Assembly: GCA_965218095.1 (NCBI GenBank)
Contig: OZ244587.1
Location: forward strand, 3,520,001 to 3,584,000
DNA length: 64,000 nucleotides
Reading direction: 5' to 3'
Origin: Candidatus Poribacteria bacterium
Lineage (GTDB): Bacteria; Poribacteria; WGA-4E; PCPOR2b
The position numbers and the translations under genes were made by a program. Shown here piece by piece: positions 1-10,907 of the stretch. Within the stretch, counting starts at the first letter, position 1, and each line of letters opens with the position of its first letter. The notes below the pieces were generated by a model, which saw only the letters and a program-made list of their open reading frames with translations, was not told where the DNA came from and made no database searches.

Positions 1-485
1 GCGGCGTGGCTTACAGGAAAAAGGGAGATTATGACCGTGCCATTGCAGACTATACCAAAGTGATAGAACTCCAACCCAATTATGCTATAGCCTATATCAA
101 TCGCGGCGCTGCTTACGGGGAAAAAGGTGATTATGACCGTGCCATCGCAGACTTTATCAAAGCGATAGAACTCAATCCCTATTATGCCAACGCCTATAAT
201 AATCGCGGCGTGGCTTACAGGAAAAAGGGAGATTATGACCGTGCCATTGCAGACTATACCAAAGCGATAGAACTCAATCCCTATTATGCCAACGCCTATA
301 ACAATCGCGGCGTGGCGTGGTTACACCTGCAAGCATGGGAAAAAGCCCAAGCCGACCTGACGACTGCCAAAGATATGGGGAGGGATATCACTGCTTCATT
401 TCATAACGATTACACAAGCGTCCCAGACTTTGAGCGGAGAAATGGGGTTAAGCTACCGGCAGACCTTGCTGCCATGTTGCTTTGA
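1..485 (+). CDS. TPR-repeat protein, 5'-truncated by the window edge, with conserved C-terminal cap (…GVAWLHL…GVKLPADLAAMLL)
   Basis: 34-aa repeats AYxNRGxAY…AIADYxKAIEL; the C-terminal ~55 aa match four other ORFs in the window. Confidence 0.9.
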   Translation, partial: GVAYRKKGDYDRAIADYTKVIELQPNYAIAYINRGAAYGEKGDYDRAIADFIKAIELNPYYANAYNNRGVAYRKKGDYDRAIADYTKAIELNPYYANAYNNRGVAWLHLQAWEKAQADLTTAKDMGRDITASFHNDYTSVPDFERRNGVKLPADLAAMLL

Positions 486-1478
486 ATCTCCCGATAAATC
501 GGGATTCTCGGAACGGAACCGATCTTATCGGGGCTGACACCCGAGCGATAAGCATCACGCCGACGAGTCTTTTTGAATCCGTGTCAGCCGTTAATCCGCG
601 ATAATCCGCGATTTTGACAATGATACATACTAACATAACTAGGAGTTACGCACTTGGTCAGAAAATAGATTATAATATAGACTATGAATCCACCCAAATG
701 CAATGAATATGACTATACCAACTTTCTGATTACGACTTCCAGATACACAGTTGTACTGAGGCTGCCAGAGTCCAACCCCAAAAAATAACGACAACCGTTA
801 CAATGCCGCAAAATGGGATAAGCAATTCTAGGCTAACGCAGGCGAATTACCTCCGGGAACTGGAGAAGTGTCATTGACAACTAGCATCTAAGGCAATGAG
901 CGCATTGAACGCCGCGTATGACAGTCTATAATCTACAATTTCCTCCCTTAGCCCAAAAGAGTAAATCTCATTTGTTCCTGCTGATTTGAGCGTTCAACTG
1001 CGTTAATTCTACATATGACTCGTCGGTGCAAATCTTTATCATTATGCACGCTAACTTTTTTGGTTCATGTAAAAAGAAAGTGCAAAGCGCAAGGAGAAAC
1101 CGAGTTTTCAAGAAAAAACTCGGTTTCTGTTGCACGATTTCTTAACATCAGCCACTTTTTTTTGCGTTGGCATTGCGTTGGCATTTTTATGAAAAATGAA
1201 TTGGTGTGCCCTGATGACACAAATAAAGCAGAACCTAAGCATTTACTGTAGTTGCCCGATTCATCGGGTGTCATGTTGCTTTGAATCCCGATCTCCGCAT
1301 CGGGGGTTTTGAGCATTCAACTGCGTAAGTCCTAATAACATACAAATAATGAGCAACAATCTAAAATACAGGGATATCACCGAAAAGATTATTGGGGCTG
1401 CTTTTGAGGTACATAAGTTTTTAGGCAACGGCTTCCAAGAGGTGATTTATCAGCGAGGATTGGCGTTTGAGTTAGCAC
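476..1478 (+). repeat. ~1 kb direct repeat, copy 1 (copy 2 at ~9383-10392): TPR 3' end, palindromes, MITE and 5' part of GxxExxY
   Basis: Near-identical DNA by eye; the small ORFs 1015..1251 and 9929..10165 are also almost identical. Confidence 0.9.
640..1334 (+). mobile_element. Non-autonomous, internally deleted IS701-like element (MITE), copy 1
   Basis: TIRs TAGGAGTTACGCA (640-652) and TGCGTAAGTCCTA (1322-1334); 5-bp TSD ATAAC at 635-639 and 1335-1339; decayed transposase start MNPPKCNEYDY… at ~684. Confidence 0.8.
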
Positions 1479-1882
1479 TCCTATGGTACGAGCATTCGGC
1501 TCCATCATACATTAAAATCGTGAAGCCAAATTATGAGTCTACAATACGGTGGTACAGGGATATAAGGTGTTCTTATCACTATCTTGATCTGTATTATCGC
1601 ATGGGGAAAGCTTGTCATAGAATCGGTCGCTATCAGGAGGCTGTTGAAGCATATCATAAAGCTATTGATCTTCAGATAGCCATTGTGGATGCATATAATG
1701 AAGCGTGTTTTGAAACGGAGACGCAGGCCGTTGACATTAAGGAAGAAAATAAGAGACAGCATTTCTTACAGTGTTTTATGCCTGAACCACCGGAGTATCC
1801 GGAGTGGTGGACTGATGTTTTCCAAAACAGAGATTCTGCTTGTTGCCATAGACCTCTGCGGGATGCGGAAATAAAACAATGA
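1349..1882 (+). pseudogene. Chimeric ORF: first 43 codons of GxxExxY joined to an unrelated single-TPR fragment
   Basis: Matches the other GxxExxY copies up to gttagcac (1478), then diverges; later YYRMGKA…YQEAVEAYHKAI is TPR-like. Confidence 0.7.
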
Positions 1883-1956
1883 AACACAAACGAAAATTCT
1901 AGCTTAAGCAATTAAATTTCAATCAACAGATCGCGCTTTAATATCCGTCGGGAGAG

Positions 1957-4900
1957 TTGATTATGAACCAACACAGAGCCGCCATCACGAACGCCCTAAA
2001 CCGCTTCACCGATGGGAGTCTCGCTGAAAACGCACGAAACCTGCTAAATACACTCGGCTATGGGAGCGAAAGAGCCCTAGCCCTTGAACCGAACACCGCC
2101 GACGCGTTTATTGACGCGTTCGATCTACAAGAGAAACTGAATCACGATAAGGCACTGACGACAGAGTGGGCGTCCATCAATCCGCTTTTCCAACTCAGAG
2201 GTGAGGACTTGACGCGCACAGATATAGACGGATGGCTTTTCGATCCCAGCCAGACGCAGGTAGATAACACCATCATCGAGTCCTACCTTTTCCTCGCGCT
2301 CTGGTTGGACGGAAGCAATTACAACCGCACCCAACTCTCGCAAATCACCCGCGAAATCAACAAACTGTTCCCGATGCCCGCGATGCTGCTCTTTCAGCAC
2401 GGCAACACACTCACGCTGTCGGTTATCAACCGCCGTTTGGGTGTACGCGACCAATCCCGCGATGTCCTCGAAAAAGTAACCCTCATCAAGGATATTGATT
2501 TCAAGGATACCCACTGTGCGCACATCGATATTCTATTCGATCTCGCCCTCGAACCGTTGAATCAAACGCACGGCGTCCACAACTTTGTTGAACTGCATCG
2601 CGCTTGGGAAAAGACACTGGATACCGAAGAACTCAACAAGAAATTCTACCGGGATCTGTTCGACTGGTTTGAACGGGCGGTTGCTGAAGGAAAGTTTCCG
2701 ACAGACAAAAATCGCACTTTGAAGCCAGAGGAGCACGTCATCCGCTTAATCACGCGCCTGCTGTTCGTCTGGTTTATGAAGGAAAAGAGGCTGGTTGCGG
2801 AAGAACTGTTCAACGAGACGCAAGTTTCCCCCTTACTGAAAGACTACGACCGCGACACCGGCGACTCCTACTACCGCACGGTGCTACAGAACCTGTTTTT
2901 CGCCACACTCAACACTGAGATAGAGAAGCGTCAGTTTAGCAAAGGGGGAAACCCAGGACATCGCAACTTCTCATTGTATCGTTACAAGGATGAGATAACC
3001 GACTCCGATAAACTCCTAACACTGTTTGCCCAAACGCCATTTATCAACGGCGGTTTATTCGATTGCCTTGACAGCGAGGAGGCAACACGAGATGGTGGCT
3101 ACCGCATTGACTGTTTTTCCGATGTGCATTACAACAAGCTAAGCATTCCCAACCGTCTTTTCTTTGACAAACAGCGCGGTCTGTTTCCCCTGCTGGAACA
3201 CTACAAGTTTACTGTCGAAGAAAATACACCGATAGAGCAGGATGTCGCGTTGGATCCGGAACTGCTTGGTAGGGTGTTTGAAAACCTGCTTGCCGCGTAT
3301 AATCCCGAAACCGGCACAACGGCACGGAAACAGACAGGTTCTTATTACACCCCGCGCCCCATCGTGGACTATATGGTGGATGAAGCGTTAGTGGCAGTGT
3401 TATCGCAAAAGTGCAACCTGGCCGAAGACTGGTTACGGTCTCTACTTGATTATACGCAGATGTCCGACAATGGCAAAAAGTGGTCTGATAACCCTGAAGC
3501 CGACTGCGTTGTGAAGGCGATTTCCCAACTCAAGATACTGGATCCGGCGGTCGGTTCAGGTGCTTTTCCGATGGGGGTACTGCACAAACTGACCCTTGCG
3601 CTGCAGAGGTTGGACCTAGATAACAGCCGGTGGGAGAAGCTACAGAAAGAACGTACCATCCAGCGGGCGGCGGCTGCGTTTGATACAAAGGATAGACAGA
3701 CACGCGATGAAGAGCTCAAGGAAATTAGCAGAATCTTTGAAAATTATTCCGGCAACTTCGGGCGGAAGTTGTATCTGATCCAAAACAGCATCTTCGGCTT
3801 GGACATTCAATCCATCGCCTGCCAAATCGCTAAACTCCGCTTCTTCATCTCCCTTGCTATTGAGCAGGAACTGGATAGAGATGCAGACAACTTCGGGATT
3901 AAGCCTCTGCCGAATCTGGAGCCCCGCTTTATCGCGGCAAACACGCTAATCGGTCTCGAAGAAGAGCGAACCCTGACAAGCCAAAAAGCGAAAGTTTTAG
4001 AGGGGGAATTGGATGATAACCGTGAGCGGCATTTCCACGCAACGACACGCCCGCAGAAACTAGCGTGTAGGAGAGAGGACAAAAAATTGCGGCGAGAATT
4101 GGCGACGGAATTAAGGCATATCGGTATGCCCGCCGATGATGCGGATAAAGTTGCCGACTGGGACCCCTACGACCAGAATGCAAGTGCGGACTGGTTTGAC
4201 TCGAAATGGATGTTTGGTATCACAGACGGGTTTGATGTGGTGATTGGAAATCCACCGTACCGGCAAGTCCACAAGGGCGTACATTCAGCGGCTCAGTTTC
4301 CTTATTCGGAGGGTAGAGACAAAGGCAAGCAAAATCTTTATAAACTATTTGTGGAGCAGTCATACAACCTTTGCAAACGGCGCGGGGTGGTCACTCTCAT
4401 CGTGCAAAGCAGCTTGATGTGCGACCTTTCGTCCGCCGTGACTCGTCAACTTCTGCTGGAACACACACAGTTGAAACACATCATTGAGTTTCCAAAGACA
4501 GCGCAGTCACGGGAGGTACAAGTTTTTACAACCGTGACACAAGGCACCTGTATCTATCAGTTTACTAAAGCTTTGCCCAATGGTGAACCTATCAAAATTT
4601 CGGTGGGCAACGATGCTCATAGCATTGCAGATTTGAGATTCTCCGCTATTACTAAAGAAGCGATTATGAATTTGTATCCAGAACTACGATACTTTCCACA
4701 TATCGGAGAAGGCAGTGTTTCCATTCTGGAGAAAATCGCTGACGACGAAACCATTAATCCTCTGAAGCATTACATTGCCGATATCATCCAAGGCGATCTC
4801 AATCTGACCACACATTCCTCTCGATTTTCTCGGGTGCCTTCGGCTGTGCGTCTTTTGCGCGGATGGCACGTAAATCGTTTCGTTGTTAAGTATGATGACG

Positions 4901-5388
4901 CAGACGAATATTGCGAAGAGGGATTTATGGTAGACAAGGTTGCAGCCAACAGAAGCAGCACTTTTCTGATTTGTCAGCAAATAACAGGCACGGTTGACCT
5001 CCGACGCTTACACTTTGCTTTGACCGCAAACCCATCAACAGATTTTCTGTGGGGTAATAGCGTCAACAAAATGCTGTTGAAAAACTGGGCGCATAGCAAG
5101 ACGGTCTTGGCATTGCTCAACTCCAAATTTATGGATTGGTTTTTTCGTATCACTTCGACAAATAACCATGTACAGGGTTACGAATTGGAACAACTACCCA
5201 TACCGGTAATGTCTGATGATAACCGTGAAAAACTCAACAATCTGGCAGGGCAAGTTATGGAAGCCAAACGCACCGACCCGGACGCGGATGTATCCGAACT
5301 TGAAAATAAGATTGACCAGATAGTATACTTGTTATACGGTCTTGACGCTGATGAAATTGAGATTGTGGAGGAGGCGGAAAATGTCTGA
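1957..5388 (+). CDS. Type IIG/Eco57I-like restriction-modification N6-adenine DNA methyltransferase with C-terminal target-recognition region
   Basis: Motif X GSYYTP, motif I ILDPAVGSGAF, motif IV VIGNPPY; typical tail IDQIVYLLYGL…EIEIVE; likely start ATG 1963. Confidence 0.9.
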   Translation: MIMNQHRAAITNALNRFTDGSLAENARNLLNTLGYGSERALALEPNTADAFIDAFDLQEKLNHDKALTTEWASINPLFQLRGEDLTRTDIDGWLFDPSQTQVDNTIIESYLFLALWLDGSNYNRTQLSQITREINKLFPMPAMLLFQHGNTLTLSVINRRLGVRDQSRDVLEKVTLIKDIDFKDTHCAHIDILFDLALEPLNQTHGVHNFVELHRAWEKTLDTEELNKKFYRDLFDWFERAVAEGKFPTDKNRTLKPEEHVIRLITRLLFVWFMKEKRLVAEELFNETQVSPLLKDYDRDTGDSYYRTVLQNLFFATLNTEIEKRQFSKGGNPGHRNFSLYRYKDEITDSDKLLTLFAQTPFINGGLFDCLDSEEATRDGGYRIDCFSDVHYNKLSIPNRLFFDKQRGLFPLLEHYKFTVEENTPIEQDVALDPELLGRVFENLLAAYNPETGTTARKQTGSYYTPRPIVDYMVDEALVAVLSQKCNLAEDWLRSLLDYTQMSDNGKKWSDNPEADCVVKAISQLKILDPAVGSGAFPMGVLHKLTLALQRLDLDNSRWEKLQKERTIQRAAAAFDTKDRQTRDEELKEISRIFENYSGNFGRKLYLIQNSIFGLDIQSIACQIAKLRFFISLAIEQELDRDADNFGIKPLPNLEPRFIAANTLIGLEEERTLTSQKAKVLEGELDDNRERHFHATTRPQKLACRREDKKLRRELATELRHIGMPADDADKVADWDPYDQNASADWFDSKWMFGITDGFDVVIGNPPYRQVHKGVHSAAQFPYSEGRDKGKQNLYKLFVEQSYNLCKRRGVVTLIVQSSLMCDLSSAVTRQLLLEHTQLKHIIEFPKTAQSREVQVFTTVTQGTCIYQFTKALPNGEPIKISVGNDAHSIADLRFSAITKEAIMNLYPELRYFPHIGEGSVSILEKIADDETINPLKHYIADIIQGDLNLTTHSSRFSRVPSAVRLLRGWHVNRFVVKYDDADEYCEEGFMVDKVAANRSSTFLICQQITGTVDLRRLHFALTANPSTDFLWGNSVNKMLLKNWAHSKTVLALLNSKFMDWFFRITSTNNHVQGYELEQLPIPVMSDDNREKLNNLAGQVMEAKRTDPDADVSELENKIDQIVYLLYGLDADEIEIVEEAENV
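5353..5372 (+). repeat. Junction site GAAATTGNNATTGTGGAGGA (other copies at 5953, 6084, 7754, 7894, 10729, 14713, 14933, 16726)
   Basis: The ~20-mer recurs at gene boundaries; it encodes EI(A/G/E)IVE(E/D) and contains a GGAGGA Shine-Dalgarno; copies at 6084, 7754 and 7894 are degenerate. Confidence 0.8.
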
Positions 5389-5457
5389 ATCACGGATTAA
5401 ACAGATGACGCGGATAGCGCGGATTTCTTGAATCTGTGGCAATCTGTGATTCTGACA
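5382..5457. repeat. Palindromic TGTCTGAATC…GATTC(A/T)GACA intergenic element (also ~5988-6078 and 14747-14844; half copies at 5938, 7739, 10772 and ~14918)
   Basis: Inverted ends with internal CGGATT/AATCCG or CAGGAT/ATCCTG sub-repeats. Confidence 0.75.
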
Positions 5458-5486
5458 AGGGTATATACTAACAGAGGATACAAATA

Positions 5487-5885
5487 ATAAGCAACAATCT
5501 AAAATACAGGGATATCACCGAAAAGATTATTGGGGCTGCTTTTGAGGTACATAAGTTTTTAGGAAACGGCTTCCAAGAGGTGATTTATCAGCGAGGATTG
5601 GCGTTTGAGTTAGCACAAGCGGGTTTGGCATTTACGCGTGAAATTGAGCAAGACATTTTCTATAAAGAGTTGCCGGAGCCTATAGGCACGCGTCGAGCAG
5701 ATTTCGTGGTCGAAGAAAAAGTGTTGGTGGAATTGAAGGCTATCTCTGAATTGGAAGATGTACACATAGCCCAGGCATTAAATTATTTGAAGGCATATCG
5801 GCTGGAAGTAGGTTTATTGATCAATTTCGGATCTAAAAGATTGATATTCAAAAGATTGATTCTTTCGCAACCGGATCACGGCTGA
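5487..5885 (+). pseudogene. GxxExxY protein (PD-(D/E)XK-like fold) whose start codon reads ATA instead of ATG
   Basis: Same 399-nt length and near-identical sequence to 10263..10661; caaataATAagc versus caaataATGagc. Confidence 0.8.
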
Positions 5886-6034
5886 TGTAGATAACGCCGA
5901 TTTAATCTGTGTTCTCCTTGAATCCGTGACAATCTGCGATTCAGACAATGAGGAAATTGGGATTGTGGAGGATGGAGTGGGGAAACTATCTGAATCACGG
6001 ATTAAACAGATGACGCGGATAGCGCGGATTTTTT

Positions 6035-6210
6035 AATCTGTGTCCTCCTTTAATCCGCGATAATCTGCGATTCAGACAAAGAAGGAATCGCCACAGTGGA
6101 GAAACCACCGCTCCGCTCCGCTTGGATAGCGATATCCAAGCGATATAGGGATAAGAAACGATACCTCCCAAAATCCTGAAAATCCTAAAATCCAGTGAAT
6201 CCAGATTCAG
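6035..6210 (+). repeat. ~170-bp direct repeat (second copy ~7705-7882) flanking the TIR-TPR gene
   Basis: Both copies read …gattcagac…aatcgccacagtggagaaacc…cttggatag…atatccaa…aaatcctgaaaatcctaaaatcc…gattcagac. Confidence 0.85.
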
Positions 6211-6224
6211 ACAGAGGAAAGAGA

Positions 6225-7616
6225 ATGAGCGAACCACTAGAAGTATTCATTACCTATTCACATGAGAACACAGAAGCAAAAGACGAACTCATAACGCGCC
6301 TTGCTGTGATGAAGCAACAAAATGAATTAGTAACTTGGCACGACAACGAAATGCTCCCCAGTGACAAGTGGCGTGAAGAAATTTTTTCCACGCGCCTTCC
6401 CAATTCGGATCTTTTGCTCTACCTCGTTTCCGCTGCGAGCCTTGCCTCTGAAAACTGCAATAGGGAGTTGGTAGTAGCCTTAGAAAAAAACATAAAACCC
6501 ATCCCGATTATCCTTGAGGATTGCGATTGGAAAAAGCATCAACTTGGTGAATTCCAAGCTCTTCCTGACAAAGGCAATCCTATTAACGAGTGGGAATTTA
6601 AGAGCAAAGGTTGGCAAAATGTAGTAGAGGGCATCCGAAAATTCGTTGACGCAATGCAGTCTCAGGTGGATTCGCCTCCCAGTACGCCTGAAGAAGAACT
6701 ACGCGCTGAATTGGCAATCCAACAGGGTAATTTTCTGCTAATGCTCAAGCAAGTAGACAGGGCGATAGAAACCTATTCACGCGCGATTGACCTCAATCCT
6801 CGCGCTGCTCATGCCTATTATAATCGTGGCAATGTTTACCACAACAAAGGCGAGTTTGGACGCGCCATCGTAGACTATAACAAAGCGATAGAACTCAAAC
6901 CCGATTATGCCGGTGCCTATTACAATCGTGGTGTGGCTTACGGAGAAAAAGGCGATACTGACCGTGCCATCGCAGACTATAATAAAGCGATACAACTCGA
7001 CACCAATTGTGCCATGGCCTATTACAATCGCGGTAACGTTTACATAGACAAAGGCGATGTTGGTTGTGCCATCGTAGACTATACCAAAGCGATAGGACTA
7101 AATCCTGATTATACGGAAGCCTATTACAATTGGGGTAATGCTTACTACAACAAAGATGAGTTTGACTGTGCCATCGTAGACTATACCAAAGCGATAGAAC
7201 TGAATCCTAATCTTAGGGAGGTCTATAACAATCGCGGTCTTGTTCACGGTAACACAGGTCATCCTGACCGTGCTATTAAAGATTTTACCAGAGCGATAGA
7301 ACTGGATCCTAATTATACCGGAGCCTATTACAATCGCGGAGTGGCATATTACAAAAAGGGCGATTTTGAGCGCGCCATTGAGGATTTTGACAAGGCTTTA
7401 CAACTGAAACCTGATTATGCCATGGCCTATGGCAATCGCGGCGAGGCATGGTTACACCTGAGAGAATGGGAAAAAGCCAAAGCAGACCTAATGGAGGCCA
7501 GAGTCATGGGGATAAATATCATCGCTGTGTTTCGTAACGACTACGGAAATGTTGCGGACTTCGAGGGTAGAAACGGGGTTAAGCTGCCGGCAGACATCGC
7601 CGCCATGTTGCTTTGA
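6225..7616 (+). CDS. TIR-domain + TPR-repeat protein
   Basis: VFITYSH…WHD…LLLYLVSAASLASENCNREL…IPIILEDCDW is a TIR_2-like domain retaining the catalytic-type Glu; ~7 TPRs; shared C-terminal cap. Confidence 0.9.
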   Translation: MSEPLEVFITYSHENTEAKDELITRLAVMKQQNELVTWHDNEMLPSDKWREEIFSTRLPNSDLLLYLVSAASLASENCNRELVVALEKNIKPIPIILEDCDWKKHQLGEFQALPDKGNPINEWEFKSKGWQNVVEGIRKFVDAMQSQVDSPPSTPEEELRAELAIQQGNFLLMLKQVDRAIETYSRAIDLNPRAAHAYYNRGNVYHNKGEFGRAIVDYNKAIELKPDYAGAYYNRGVAYGEKGDTDRAIADYNKAIQLDTNCAMAYYNRGNVYIDKGDVGCAIVDYTKAIGLNPDYTEAYYNWGNAYYNKDEFDCAIVDYTKAIELNPNLREVYNNRGLVHGNTGHPDRAIKDFTRAIELDPNYTGAYYNRGVAYYKKGDFERAIEDFDKALQLKPDYAMAYGNRGEAWLHLREWEKAKADLMEARVMGINIIAVFRNDYGNVADFEGRNGVKLPADIAAMLL

Positions 7617-7918
7617 ATCTCCCGATAAATCGGGATTCTCGGAACGGAACCGATCTTATCGGGGCTAACACCCCAGCAATAAGCATCACCGTCGGCGGTT
7701 TTTGAATCTGTGTCATCCTTTAATCCGTGGCAATCTGCGATTCAGACAACGAAGAAATCGCCACAGTGGAGAAACCGACGAACTGCTCCGCTTGGATAGA
7801 CATATCCAAACGATATAGGAATAAGAAACGATACATCCCAAAATCCTGAAAATCCTAAAATCCTGTAGATCCTGATTCAGACTCTCCCCCGAAGAAATTG
7901 GGTTGTAGAGGACAAATC

Positions 7919-9392
7919 GTGAGTACACAAAACCCATCCAATCCCCAAGACGACCTAAACGCGGTTTTGGAAATCATCCGTGAGGTAGCAGAAAAATCAA
8001 CCAGCGACAACTACATCTACCGCGGCGAACCCAGACGCCATAGAAAAGTGTCGTCAAGCCTTTGGCGTGAATGCAAGAGAAAAATGCGGACTGAGGACTT
8101 TGATATACAGGCTATCGAAGGGCTAATACTGGACTCGGCTAAAAACTATACCCCCGAACAAGAGGAAATTGAAATCTGGGCTGAACTCCAACACTATGGG
8201 GGTCACACTAATCTTATAGACTTTACGACGGACAACCATATAGCCCTCTTCTTCGCCTGCGATCGTTTCTTTGACAAACCGGGCAGGGTTATTTTCTTGG
8301 GAGAAGGAGCGCAGAACGAAAATCGAGTTGAGAAAAAACCCCAGAATCCACGAAACCGCATCATAGTCCAGAAGAGTGTATTCATTCGACCACCCACAGG
8401 TTATGTTGAGCCAGACGATATAATCACTATCCCAGCACACCTCAAACAACCCATATTAAGTTACTTGGAAAAACATCACGGTATATCTAACGAAACCATC
8501 TATAACGACCTTCATGGGTTTATTAGAAATCAGGACATGCACCAGATTGCCTGTATAGAGTTTTATGACGGTTCAATCCAGCAACAAACAGGAGACCCGG
8601 AGAATGAAGACACAAGCGAAACTTGAGCATTACGATAAGGCAATTGAGCACTATAGCAAAGCAATAGCACTGCAACCCAATTTTGTCATCGCCTATAACA
8701 ATCGTGGCATTGCTTACGGTGATAAAGGCGAGTATGACCTTGCCATTGAAGACTTTAACATGGCAATAAAACTGAAACCGGATTATGCTATCGCCTACAA
8801 CAATCGCGGGGCGGTTTACCGCATCATAGGCGAGTATGACCGTGCGATCGAAGACTGTAATAGGGCGATAGAGCTCGATCCCGGTTATGCTGAGCCTTAT
8901 AGCAATCGTGGTGCGGCTTATCGGGAAAAAGGCGAGGAGGACCGCGCTATCGCAGACTATGACAAGGCGATACGACTGAAACCTGATTTTGTTGAGGCAC
9001 ATTACAATCGTGGAGTTGCTTACATCAAAAAAGGCAATTTTGACCGTGCCATCGTAGGCAATACCAAGGCAATAGAACTCAAACCTGACCTTGCACATGC
9101 CTATAATAATCGTGGTAATGCTTACACTCAAAAAGGCGAGATTAACCGTGCCATTGAAGATTATAACAGAGCGATAGAACTGAAACCTGACCTTGCTGAG
9201 CCTTATACTGGTCGGGGGGTGGCGCGGTTACACCTCAGAGAATGGGAAAAAGCGAGAGCAGACCTGACGGATGCCAAAAACATGGGAGTGGATATTACCG
9301 CTGGGTTTCATTATTTCTATGAAAGTGTCCCGGACTTCGAGGGTAGAAATGGGGTGAAGCTACCGGAAGACATCGCCACCATGTTGCTTTGA
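7919..9392 (+). pseudogene. FRG-domain + TPR protein split by a frameshift near 8590-8620 (ORFs 7898..8626 and 8565..9392)
   Basis: YIYRGE…LQHYGGHTNLIDFTTD…IALFFAC is an FRG domain; collinear with the intact paralog 14959..16698. Confidence 0.8.
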
Positions 9393-9547
9393 ATCTCCCG
9401 ATAAATCGGGATTCTCGGAACGGAACCGATCTTATCGGGGCTGACACCCCAGCAATAAGCATCACCGTCGGCGGGTCTTTTTGAATCCGTGTCAGCCGTT
9501 AATCCGCGACAATTCGCGATTCTGACAATGATACATACCAACATAAC

Positions 9548-10248
9548 TAGGAGTTACGCACTTGGTCAGAAAATAGGTTATAATATAGACTATGAATCCA
9601 CCCAAATGCAATGAATATGAATATGACTATACCAACTTTCTGATTACGACTTCCAGATACACAGTTGTACTGAGGCTGCCAGAGTCCAACCCCAAAAAAT
9701 AACGACAACCGTTACAACGCCGCAAAATGGGATAAGCAATTCTAGGCTAACGCAGGCGAATTACCTCCGGGAACTGGAGAAGTGTCATCGACAACTAGCA
9801 TCTAAGGCAGTGAGCGCATTGAACGCCGCGTATGACAGTCTATAATCTACAATTTCCTCCCTTAGCCCCAAAGAGTGAATCTCATTTGTTCCTGCTGATT
9901 TGAGCGTTCAACTGCGTTAATTCTACATATGACTCGTCGGTGCAAATCTTTATCATTATGCACGCCAACTTTTTTGGTTCATGTAAAAAGAAAGTGCAAA
10001 GCGCAAGGAGAAACCGAGTTTTCAAGAAAAAACTCGGTTTCTGTTGCACGATTTCTTAACATCAGCCACTTTTTTTTGCGTTGGCATTGCGTTGGCATTT
10101 TTATGAAAAATGAATTGGTGTGCCCTGATAACACAAATAAAGCAAAACCTAAGCATTTACTGTAGTTGCCCGATTCATCGGACGTCATGTTGCTTTGAAT
10201 CCCGATCTCCGCATCGGGGGTTTTGAGCATTCAACTGCGTAAGTCCTA
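9548..10248 (+). mobile_element. IS701-like MITE, copy 2
   Basis: Same TIRs; same TSD ATAAC (9543-9547 and 10249-10253); 6 nt longer than copy 1 owing to a GAATAT duplication. Confidence 0.8.
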
Positions 10249-10262
10249 ATAACATACAAATA

Positions 10263-10661
10263 ATGAGCGACGATCTGAAATACAAAGATACTACCGAAAA
10301 GATTATTGGGGCTGCTTTTGAGGTACATAAGTTTTTAGGAAACGGCTTCCAAGAGGTGATTTATCAGCGAGGATTGGCGTTTGAGTTAGCACAAGCGGGT
10401 TTGGCATTTACGCGTGAAATTGAGCAAGACATTTTCTATAAAGAATTGCCGGAGCCTATCGGTACGCGTCGAGCAGATTTTGTGGTCGAAGAAAAGGTGT
10501 TGGTGGAATTGAAGGCTATCTCTGAATTGGAAGATGTACACATAGCCCAGGCATTAAATTATTTGAAGGCATATCGGCTGGAAGTGGGTTTATTGATCAA
10601 TTTCGGATCTAAAAGATTGATATTCAAAAGATTGATTCTTTCACAACCGGATCACGGCTGA
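10263..10661 (+). CDS. GxxExxY protein (PD-(D/E)XK nuclease-like), intact
   Basis: LGNGFQEVIY motif, RADFVVE..VLVELKA, QALNYL, GLLINFG. Confidence 0.92.
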   Translation: MSDDLKYKDTTEKIIGAAFEVHKFLGNGFQEVIYQRGLAFELAQAGLAFTREIEQDIFYKELPEPIGTRRADFVVEEKVLVELKAISELEDVHIAQALNYLKAYRLEVGLLINFGSKRLIFKRLILSQPDHG

Positions 10662-10907
10662 CGCAGATAACGCCGATTTAATCCGTGTCCTCCTTTAATC
10701 CGTGACAATCTGCGATTCAGACAGTGAGGAAATTGGGATTGTGGAGGAGGCCACGAATTGCGTGTGTAAATTGTCTGAATCAGGATTTTCAGGATAGAAG
10801 GATAAACAGGATAAGAAAGGATGCGTCCAAAAACCCTGAGAATCCCCAAATTTTGTTGCCGACAATACACCACACTGAAGGACAGGAGGGAAAGGAAGAA
10901 ATTTTTG

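Noticed and set aside
1015-1316. Small ORFs 1015..1251 and 1065..1316 (and their copies near 9929-10230) as genes
   Set aside because: They lie inside the MITE across palindromes, have no recognisable motifs, and their conservation only reflects the duplication.
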